Shown here: positions 25,988 through 33,511 of the stretch, in pieces | How the letters are laid out: the number at the start of each line of letters is the position of its first letter | Position numbering within the stretch: the stretch's first letter is position 1 | Assembly (NCBI GenBank): GCA_027017505.1 | Contig: JALUQR010000049.1 | Span: 1-36,480 of the forward strand | DNA length: 36,480 nt | Reading direction: 5' to 3' | Source: a bacterium | GTDB taxonomy: Bacteria; Desulfobacterota; GWC2-55-46; DRQE01 | Made by a program: the position numbers and the translations under genes | The notes under the pieces: generated by a model | Database searches by the model: none | Told to the model about the DNA's origin: nothing | Seen by the model: the letters and a program-made list of their open reading frames with translations, nothing else

Positions 25988-27529
25988 ATGCTCTCGGTGG
26001 ACAGAACACATAGGATACACAGCATTCTGTTTCATGTTATAACCCCCGGTCTCGAAGAGGCAAGAAGGGCAGAAGAGGCCATAGGCAGGTTCTGTAAAGA
26101 AGAGCTTCCAGAAGTTCTCCAGGAGGTGCTGGGTCTTTACGACAGGGAGGATAAGGTGGTCAGTATAGAACGCATAGAGCTTGAGCTCGGAACCCTGCAG
26201 GCTGGTGAGCTTACAGAAAGGCTTAAAGAGGCTATCTGTGCAGGGCTTAAAGAGTTCTTTGAAGAAAACCACACACTCATACAATCCACAGACAGGTGGA
26301 GGCCTTCAGATAGAGGGTTCAGCGAAGGGGAGAGCAACATAAAACTCTATAGCCCATCTGTGCGTCTTATGGCACAGCTTGAAGAGTTCCTCTTTTCAGG
26401 CACACTGCCCTGGAACAGTAAAGAAACAGCCTTCACTGACATGGACAGCCTTGTTACAGGGCTTTTCAGGGAGTCTCCCCGTGAAATGGAAGCCCTTCTA
26501 AGAAGGGCTGTATCCAGAGAACACGCCCTTAAAAGGCTTGTATTCAACCTGAAAGAGGAAAGCCTTGAGATGATAATATCCAGGTGTCTGGGACTGGCAG
26601 AAGAAGACCTCATGGATATACTCACGGTCATAAAAGATGTATGCAGGGTTATGGAAAGATACGGTCTTAAAGAGAAGGGCTTTTTTCTATACACATCGCT
26701 TCTTAAGAGCATTGCACGGTACAGATGGCTCGACAGGGAGAGACTCTTTGAGGTATGGCTTGAGGACACACTTAAAGAGACCCTTAAAACCATGTCCAAA
26801 GAAGAGCTCAGGGCATTTGTAAAAGAGTGTGGGCTTCTGAAGCCTGAAAAGACAACCCCTCTTTATTTTCGCCTAAGGATGTATCTTGAAGAGACAGGAA
26901 GGAGTGGCACCACTCCACAGAGTATATCCAGCCCTGCTGAGAGGGGGCACACCGTGGAGGCCTTCTTTGAGGCACTGGATGAACCCAGGGATACAGAAGG
27001 GCTGACACCCTTTAAGCCCGAGACCCGTGAGGAGCAGTGGTTTGTAAAAAACAGCGGGGTGGTGCTTCTGTGGCCGTATCTTGAGAGCTACTTTGAGAGG
27101 CTTAAGCTTGTAAAAAGGGGAAGCTTTGTTTCCGAATCTCACAGGCTTCAGGCGGTTGCAGAGCTTGAGTATCTTGCAAGGGGAGATACAGATTACATGG
27201 AGTATCATCTGGTACTCAACAAGGTGCTCTGCGGTATGGAGCTTGAGGTGGCTGTTGAGCCAGGGTTCAGAAAGCCCCCCATTGATAAAAAAGAGGCAGA
27301 GTGTTTGCTACGCCATGCAATAGATAACTGGAAGAAGATAGGCAGAACCTCTGTGGATGGGTTCAGAAGGGCATTCCTCATGCGCGATGGCAAACTCTCA
27401 GGGACAGAGGCAGGCTGGACACTGCTTGTGGAAAGGAAGGGTTATGATGTGTTGCTCGATTATCTGCCCTATCCACTGGGGGTGGTGAAACTGCCATGGA
27501 TGAAGAACGCACTGTATGTAGAATGGTAG
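25988..27529 (+). CDS. contractile injection system tape-measure (tail-length determination) protein (Afp14/Pvc14 equivalent)
   Basis: 513 aa. The N-terminal pattern H.I......V..........A....F....LP.VL.EVL........V.SIERIELELG.L..GEL.ERL and the C-terminal FVKNSGVVLLWPYLESYFERL.LV both resemble the eCIS tape-measure family. Its position immediately before the AAA+ ATPase is canonical. Confidence 0.65.
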   Translation: MLSVDRTHRIHSILFHVITPGLEEARRAEEAIGRFCKEELPEVLQEVLGLYDREDKVVSIERIELELGTLQAGELTERLKEAICAGLKEFFEENHTLIQSTDRWRPSDRGFSEGESNIKLYSPSVRLMAQLEEFLFSGTLPWNSKETAFTDMDSLVTGLFRESPREMEALLRRAVSREHALKRLVFNLKEESLEMIISRCLGLAEEDLMDILTVIKDVCRVMERYGLKEKGFFLYTSLLKSIARYRWLDRERLFEVWLEDTLKETLKTMSKEELRAFVKECGLLKPEKTTPLYFRLRMYLEETGRSGTTPQSISSPAERGHTVEAFFEALDEPRDTEGLTPFKPETREEQWFVKNSGVVLLWPYLESYFERLKLVKRGSFVSESHRLQAVAELEYLARGDTDYMEYHLVLNKVLCGMELEVAVEPGFRKPPIDKKEAECLLRHAIDNWKKIGRTSVDGFRRAFLMRDGKLSGTEAGWTLLVERKGYDVLLDYLPYPLGVVKLPWMKNALYVEW

Positions 27530-28839
27530 AGCCGTATTACAGATACAATGCAAGACACCTTATGGCAGAGTTTGCCTGGCTCAAGGAGGTGGTCAGAGCC
27601 CGTTACAGGCTGTACCATGGAAAGGAGACCACCTGCAGGGATGTGCTGGAGATACCACCTCCATCGCTGAACGGTTGCGGTTCACTCTACAGTGAGGTTG
27701 TAAGGGGTTACAGGCTCACGCCAGAGGAAAGGCTTGTGCTTGTTCTTGCCCTTTACCCGCACATACATCCTGCCCTGCTCGATGAATTTTTTAACCCTGG
27801 AGACCGGCCCCAGAGAAGACTTCCACCGATTCCAACTGTGGATACTGCGCTGTTTCTGCTTGCAGGAGATGAGCTTGAAAAGAGGTTCCATTACTATTAC
27901 CTTTTTGAGCCCCACAGCGTTCTCATAAAAGAGGGCATTATAGAGCTTGAGAAGGACCATACCACAGGGACGCTTCTTGACGCAAGGCTTGTTCCCTCTC
28001 AGGAGGTACTCTCGCTGTTTACAACAGGAAGAATCCATCCACCCCAGTACGGTCATGAGTTTCCAGCCCAGAGGATTACCACAGAGCTTGAGTGGAAAGA
28101 CCTGGTTCTTCCACCACAGACGATGGCACAGGTGGAAGAAATAAAGATATGGATTAAACACGGCAGGACACTTCTTTACCAGTGGGGACTTAAAAAGAAG
28201 ATAGCCCCTGGCTACAGGTGTCTCTTCTACGGGCCTCCTGGCACTGGAAAGACACTTACTGCAATGCTCATAGGCAAGGAGACAGGCATAGATGTCTACA
28301 GGATAGACCTCTCTCTTGTGGTCTCAAAGTTCATAGGAGAGACGGAAAAGAACCTCAAAAAGATATTCGATACCGCCCGTGACAGAGACTGGATACTCTT
28401 TTTTGACGAGGCGGATGCCCTCTTTACAAAGAGAACAGAGGTTCAGACATCTCACGACAGGTTCAGCAACCAGGAGATAGCCTATCTGCTCCACCGTGTG
28501 GAGGAACATCCAGGTGTGGTGATACTTGCAACCAACAGGAAGAGCAATCTTGATGAGGCGTTCTTGAGAAGATTCCAGAACATGATAGAGTTTCCCATGC
28601 CAACAAAACAGGAGCGACTCAGGATATGGCAGAACGGGTTTTCAAAGAGCTCGGTGCTCGAGAAGGGGATAGACCTTGAGGAGCTTGCAGAAAGGTACGA
28701 GCTTACAGGCGCATCCATAATGAATGTGGTGAGATACGCCTCGCTCATGGCACTTAACGAGGGGAGCAATGTTATAAGGGCTTCGCATATATTGAAGGGT
28801 ATAGAGAAGGAGTACACAAAAGAAGGGAGAACTATCTGA
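27523..28839 (+). CDS. AAA+ ATPase (Afp15/Pvc15 equivalent, single AAA module)
   Basis: Walker A GPPGTGKT (nt 28231-28254), Walker B ILFFDEADALF, sensor/Arg-finger region ILATNR...LDEAFLRRF. The N-terminal region of about 200 aa belongs to no family I recognise. ATG 27523 overlaps the tape-measure stop (ATGGTAG); the track start is 27496. Confidence 0.9.
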   Translation: MVEPYYRYNARHLMAEFAWLKEVVRARYRLYHGKETTCRDVLEIPPPSLNGCGSLYSEVVRGYRLTPEERLVLVLALYPHIHPALLDEFFNPGDRPQRRLPPIPTVDTALFLLAGDELEKRFHYYYLFEPHSVLIKEGIIELEKDHTTGTLLDARLVPSQEVLSLFTTGRIHPPQYGHEFPAQRITTELEWKDLVLPPQTMAQVEEIKIWIKHGRTLLYQWGLKKKIAPGYRCLFYGPPGTGKTLTAMLIGKETGIDVYRIDLSLVVSKFIGETEKNLKKIFDTARDRDWILFFDEADALFTKRTEVQTSHDRFSNQEIAYLLHRVEEHPGVVILATNRKSNLDEAFLRRFQNMIEFPMPTKQERLRIWQNGFSKSSVLEKGIDLEELAERYELTGASIMNVVRYASLMALNEGSNVIRASHILKGIEKEYTKEGRTI

Positions 28840-31800
28840 TGGGCTTTCTTTCAGGCACAAAGGATTCAAAGACTGGTTCTTCTGCGCAGAACACCACCCC
28901 ATGCCAGCTTCAGACGATACTGAGAACATCCAGAAGGGATGACCCTTCAGAGATAGAGGCAGATAGAATCGCAGAAAGGATAACAGCAAAGACCACAGAG
29001 GAGGAACTCACAGGGCCTGCCCTGAAAGTTGCGGATGAACAACCAGAGGAGCTTAAGCCCAGGGAGAACGAGGAGGAAGAGAGCCTTCAGCGACAGAGCG
29101 AAGAAGATGAGCCAGAAGAGGCAGATGTGGACATGCAGGAAGAGGAAGACGGGATTATTCAGGGAAAGGCTGTATCCACAGAGGGCATAAAGGACCCGCA
29201 GGTAAGAGAGCTTCTCAGGACAGGCAGGGGTGCTGGTAGCCCCATGGAGCCAGGGCTTGCCCGCCAGATGGAGGGCCATTTTGGAAGAAGTTTTTCGGAT
29301 GTGCGCATACATACAGATTCAACCGCGGTAAGGCTCTGCGAGCTCCTTGGTGCAAGGGCATTCACCTACGGGCAGGATATATACTTCAGCGAGGGTGCAT
29401 ACCAGCCCGATACAAGGGAGGGCAGAAAGCTCATCGCACATGAGCTCACCCATGTGGTACAGCAACGAAGGGGTGCAAAGACGATACAGAGACAGTCAGA
29501 ACGCACAAACCAGAAAAAGCCCGTGGATGCAACAAAACTCAGCGAAAGAGATGGAAGACTCGTAAGAGGCACTGACAGAGACAGAATATTCTTCGATAAG
29601 ATAGAGGTGCCAGGGTTCAAGCTGAAGGATTACAGAGAACACCTCTATAAGAGCCGTTACCCGCTTATACATAGCAAGGGCTACAAAAGGGGAAATCCAA
29701 GACAGCGTGATGTATGGCAGAAAAGCGTGAATAAGGAAAAAATAATGAGAAGGATAAGAGAGGTTCTACAGCGTGGATACAGAAGTGATTCCATAAATGA
29801 TAACGAAACCCACCTTGTAAAGGTGCCCGTACGGGGAGAAAGGGCATCCCTATACTATTCTGGAACCATAGCTGAGATTGCAGATAGACTCACCATTCCA
29901 GAATGGGGCGGTATGTCCCTGAGGCCACCTTACAGATTCTTCCATGTGGACCACATCGTTGAGCTTCAGCTTGCAAACTGGAATAACGATAGGTGGGCAA
30001 ATACTCCTGCAAACATGGAGCTTCTTGAGGCAGGTTTCAACATGGCATCTGGCAGTATCATAAAGAACAAGATTAACGAAAAGGTCAGGCATTTTCTCAA
30101 TGTTACGAAGGGGCCTGACGGAAGGTCTCCCTACGGTAGAAGTATAAAGGATATAAAAAAGAACTATGAGCTTGTCTTCAGAAAGGCGGAGCCACTGAGT
30201 GAATACAGGAATGTAGCACGCACCAGATTCTGGAAGAAGGATGAGATAGAAAACGCCAGCCATCTCAGGCCATTGAGACCTGCCCTGCTATCTGAACTTG
30301 GCGGAAACGGATATGTGAGGATATTCCCCTCCGAGACAGGAGGCCTTGGCATGCGTTTCAGGTGGCCAGAGGAGGTTCCATCCCGTTCCAGAGAAAGGGG
30401 ATGGCTTAAAAGCCCCTTCCAGATAAAACAGAAACACTTCAACACAAAGGATGAAGATGTAACCTCTCATGAGTTTGGCCACTTTGTTGTAAATATAGAG
30501 CCCAACCACAGCGTGTTTGAGGGGCTAAGGGGCGGTGACTTCAGAATCCCCATCTTAAGGTTCGGAGGCGCACAGTTTGCAGGCCACATAGAGAAGACAT
30601 CTGTGTTGAGAATGCTTCACAGACTCAAGATAAAGAGAACCAGCCCCATAGCGGTGGATACCTTCCACATTCATGGGAAAAGAGGAATAATACTTCAGGG
30701 CAGAATACTGCCAGAGGTTCCCCTGTTCAGGGATGCGGACATAAGGTTTTCTCTTGAAAACGGGGATTTCACCCTTTCAAAGACATTTACGATAGACGAG
30801 ATAACCCTTCCCCCACCGTTCAGTGTATCCACTGTAACGCTTACTCTTTTTGGAAGCACAAGAAGGGGTATAGGGATTGATGGCAGGATTGAGTTTGCCA
30901 TAAAGGGGCTTGGTGAGGGATACATCGCAGGGGTTGCTACCACCTCGCAGAGTCTGGAGCTTGAGGGCGAATTCAACTTCGATTCCAGGTTGTTTGACCC
31001 TGCAGTGGTAAGTGTTAGTTACAGGAACAGAACACTCACTGCAGAGGGTGAACTCGGCATACCCCAGGGGAAGCTCAGGGGTATAAAGAGTGCAAACATA
31101 AGGGTGCTCTATTCGGAAAGCGAGGGCAGGCTCACAGCAAGTGGCACCGCAGAGCTTAACATACCAGGGGTAAGAAGTGCGATGGTAAATGTGCTCTACA
31201 CAGGGGAGAGCTTCACCGTAGAGGGCACCGCAGAGCTCAAAGATGACATACCTGGCATAAGGGGTGGTAGCGTTACGGTGAGGGTGCAGAAGGAGGGTGA
31301 GGAATCAGGCTACAGGCTCTATGCAAGGGGCGAGGCCATACCCAGCATACCTGGCATAGATGCAAAGCTCGGTGTGGAATACAACGACGGAGCCATTACC
31401 ATACACGGCAGGGTTGGCTACAGAAAGGGCATGCTCTCTGGAGAGGTGGATGTAACCGTATCTAACAGAAGGGTAGATGAAGAGGGCAATCCCACAGATG
31501 AGCTCACAGACAGGCTCACACTCTACGGTGGTGGTGAGCTCACCGTACAGTTTACACGCTGGCTGAAGGGCACCGCAGGGGTCAGGTTCCTGCCCACAGG
31601 CGAGCTTCAGGTCTCTGGCAGGATAGGTATACCCTCCACCGTGGAGGTATTCGGAAGAAAGGCCATACCAGAAAGAGACCTCTTCAGGCTTGGTTTTGAT
31701 ATACCCATATTTGCCATACCGGTCGGGCCAAAGAGTATAGGGCTTGTTGCAACCATAAGGGGAGCCCTGAGGGCATACGCTGGAATAGGGCCTGGAAGGC

Positions 31801-32324
31801 TTGAGGAGCTTGAGCTCAGCGTGGTGTACACCCCAACGAGGGAGGAGGATACAAGGATAAGTGGAAGGGGCAAGTTCATTATACCCGCAGATGCAGGGCT
31901 GAAACTTGCGATAAGTGCAAGTGTGGGAGTTTCAGCGGTGATTGGAGGTGCAGAGGGTGGTTTTGAGATTGCAGGGGGTATAAAACTCTCTGCAAAGGCA
32001 GACGCATCGGTCAATGTGAACTGGACACCCTCCACAGGGATTGAACTTAACGCAAGGCTCTCTGCAGGAGTGGAGCCAAAGTTCACATTCGATATAGAAG
32101 GTTTCGTAAGGGCATGGGCATTAGGCCTGGAGAAAAGAAAAGGCTGGAACCTCGTAAGCTACGAATACGGCTCGAATATGCGGTTCGGAGTATACCTGCC
32201 AATAAGATACAGGGAAGGAGAACCCTTCGATATATCCTTTGAGGATATAAGGTTTGAAAGACCACAGATAAGTGAGGGCTTTCTTAAAGGGCTGATTCGT
32301 GATATAAAGAACAAAAACAGCTGA
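28839..32324 (+). CDS. DUF4157 (zincin-like HExxH) domain protein with a long uncharacterised C-terminal extension; candidate eCIS cargo or effector
   Basis: 1161 aa. The start ATG shares one base with the ATPase stop (TGATG). Residues about 133-212, GSPMEPGLARQMEGHFGRSFSDVRIHTDSTAVRLCELLGARAFTYGQDIYFSEGAYQPDTREGRKLIAHELTHVVQQ, are a textbook DUF4157 domain. The HELTH motif lies at nt 29439-29453. An upstream DPSEIEADRIAERI motif and an acidic low-complexity stretch are also typical. Confidence 0.85.
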   Translation: MGFLSGTKDSKTGSSAQNTTPCQLQTILRTSRRDDPSEIEADRIAERITAKTTEEELTGPALKVADEQPEELKPRENEEEESLQRQSEEDEPEEADVDMQEEEDGIIQGKAVSTEGIKDPQVRELLRTGRGAGSPMEPGLARQMEGHFGRSFSDVRIHTDSTAVRLCELLGARAFTYGQDIYFSEGAYQPDTREGRKLIAHELTHVVQQRRGAKTIQRQSERTNQKKPVDATKLSERDGRLVRGTDRDRIFFDKIEVPGFKLKDYREHLYKSRYPLIHSKGYKRGNPRQRDVWQKSVNKEKIMRRIREVLQRGYRSDSINDNETHLVKVPVRGERASLYYSGTIAEIADRLTIPEWGGMSLRPPYRFFHVDHIVELQLANWNNDRWANTPANMELLEAGFNMASGSIIKNKINEKVRHFLNVTKGPDGRSPYGRSIKDIKKNYELVFRKAEPLSEYRNVARTRFWKKDEIENASHLRPLRPALLSELGGNGYVRIFPSETGGLGMRFRWPEEVPSRSRERGWLKSPFQIKQKHFNTKDEDVTSHEFGHFVVNIEPNHSVFEGLRGGDFRIPILRFGGAQFAGHIEKTSVLRMLHRLKIKRTSPIAVDTFHIHGKRGIILQGRILPEVPLFRDADIRFSLENGDFTLSKTFTIDEITLPPPFSVSTVTLTLFGSTRRGIGIDGRIEFAIKGLGEGYIAGVATTSQSLELEGEFNFDSRLFDPAVVSVSYRNRTLTAEGELGIPQGKLRGIKSANIRVLYSESEGRLTASGTAELNIPGVRSAMVNVLYTGESFTVEGTAELKDDIPGIRGGSVTVRVQKEGEESGYRLYARGEAIPSIPGIDAKLGVEYNDGAITIHGRVGYRKGMLSGEVDVTVSNRRVDEEGNPTDELTDRLTLYGGGELTVQFTRWLKGTAGVRFLPTGELQVSGRIGIPSTVEVFGRKAIPERDLFRLGFDIPIFAIPVGPKSIGLVATIRGALRAYAGIGPGRLEELELSVVYTPTREEDTRISGRGKFIIPADAGLKLAISASVGVSAVIGGAEGGFEIAGGIKLSAKADASVNVNWTPSTGIELNARLSAGVEPKFTFDIEGFVRAWALGLEKRKGWNLVSYEYGSNMRFGVYLPIRYREGEPFDISFEDIRFERPQISEGFLKGLIRDIKNKNS

Positions 32325-32340
32325 CCATGGAAACAGTGTC

Positions 32341-33315
32341 ATGAAGAAAGACCCAAGGGAGATAAACAACAGGGGTGTGGAGCTCTTCCTGAAGGGAGAT
32401 ATTACCGGAGCAAGAAGGCTATACGAAGAGGCCCTCAGGCTTGATGAACGCAATGTGAGTGCCCTTAACAACCTGGGCTATACATACACCATGGAGGGTA
32501 ACTATGATAGGGCAATAGAGTGTTTTCACAGGGCCCTTCAGATAGAGCCCCGCAATGCCACTGCCCTGCTCAACATGGGGGTTACCCTTGCCAACAAGGG
32601 AGAGCTTGAAAAGGGCCTGGGGTATCTGCAAAGAAGCGTTGAGGTCGCCCCTGACAGTGAACCTGCCTGGCAGAGCATGGCAGGGCTGTTCCAGCTTCTC
32701 TCGCTCTATCCCGAGGCTGAAAAGGCGTGGCGTGAGGCTGTAAGGTGTAACCCAGAAAACAGGGATAACCTCTACAACCTGGGCGTGGTGCTTGCGGTAC
32801 AGAAAAAGTACGATGAGGCCATCGTTACATTCAACGAGCTTCTATCGCAGAATCCAGACGATACAGAAAGCCTCTGCCAGCTCGGTATAATCCACATGAT
32901 GCGTCATGACCTGGGGCTTGCAACCGAGACCTTCAGAAGGGTGCTTGCCGTAAAACCCGAGCATGAGTCCGCAAGATATCACCTTGCACTCACACTCGCA
33001 TCAAAGGGAGATGTGGAGGGCGCAAAAAAAGAGCTCGAAAGGCTTCTCCTTATAAACCCTGCCAACACAAAGGCAGAGATAGACCTTGCGGTCTTTGAGA
33101 TGGGCCTGGGCAATAAAGAGACCGCACTTGAACACCTCGAAGAGGTGCTCAAAAGAGAGCCAGAAAACACAAAGGCACTCTTCTACAAGGCAATAGTCCT
33201 CTATAACAGCGGAAAGAAAAAGAAGGCAGAAAGGATTCTCAAGGAGCTCAGCACAGGAAAGGACGAATACTCCTTAAAGGCAAGGGAACTTCTGGAAAAA
33301 GAGCTTAAGGACTGA
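32341..33315 (+). CDS. tetratricopeptide-repeat (TPR) protein
   Basis: 324 aa made of about eight consecutive 34-residue units with the A..Y..AL..DP.N..AL.NLG....G.Y..AI pattern (e.g. ALNNLGYTYTMEGNYDRAIECFHRALQIEPRNATALLNMGV). It starts 16 nt after the DUF4157 gene on the same strand. Confidence 0.85.
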   Translation: MKKDPREINNRGVELFLKGDITGARRLYEEALRLDERNVSALNNLGYTYTMEGNYDRAIECFHRALQIEPRNATALLNMGVTLANKGELEKGLGYLQRSVEVAPDSEPAWQSMAGLFQLLSLYPEAEKAWREAVRCNPENRDNLYNLGVVLAVQKKYDEAIVTFNELLSQNPDDTESLCQLGIIHMMRHDLGLATETFRRVLAVKPEHESARYHLALTLASKGDVEGAKKELERLLLINPANTKAEIDLAVFEMGLGNKETALEHLEEVLKREPENTKALFYKAIVLYNSGKKKKAERILKELSTGKDEYSLKARELLEKELKD

Positions 33316-33450
33316 ACCCCACACAATAGAGCTTTTCTTAAACATTCCCTTTTGAAGTAGAGCCCTTTTTATTACCCATTGATTGATGGGAGCTTATATA
33401 GGTGCTCTGGTCTACAGGGTGTGCTGTTGAAGCCCTATCCCACAGAACAG

Positions 33451-33480
33451 TTGCCATTCACCGTGGATACAGGCTATAAT
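33451..33480 (+). promoter_or_regulatory. candidate sigma70-type promoter for uvrA
   Basis: TTGCCA (33451-33456), 18-nt spacer, perfect TATAAT (33475-33480). GGAGGA at 33494-33499 and ATG at 33512. Confidence 0.45.
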
Positions 33481-33511
33481 AGGTATCTTTACTGGAGGAA
33501 TCAGGGCCTTT

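Noticed and set aside
8371-28839. Alternative readings of the tail-gene cluster as a defective prophage, an R-type tailocin or a T6SS
   Set aside because: A prophage or tailocin would be expected to carry head, packaging or lysis genes and classical fibre genes, and none are present. A T6SS would have TssB/TssC, TssJLM, TssA and ClpV and would lack a tape measure. The DUF4255 gene, AAA+ ATPase and DUF4157 protein point to an eCIS.
30468-30482. Second HExxH (HEFGH) in the DUF4157 protein, a possible second metalloprotease domain
   Set aside because: A bare HExxH pentapeptide occurs often by chance in a 1161-aa protein. I see no downstream third ligand or Met-turn context. It is mentioned under the nuclease-like finding but not called as a domain.
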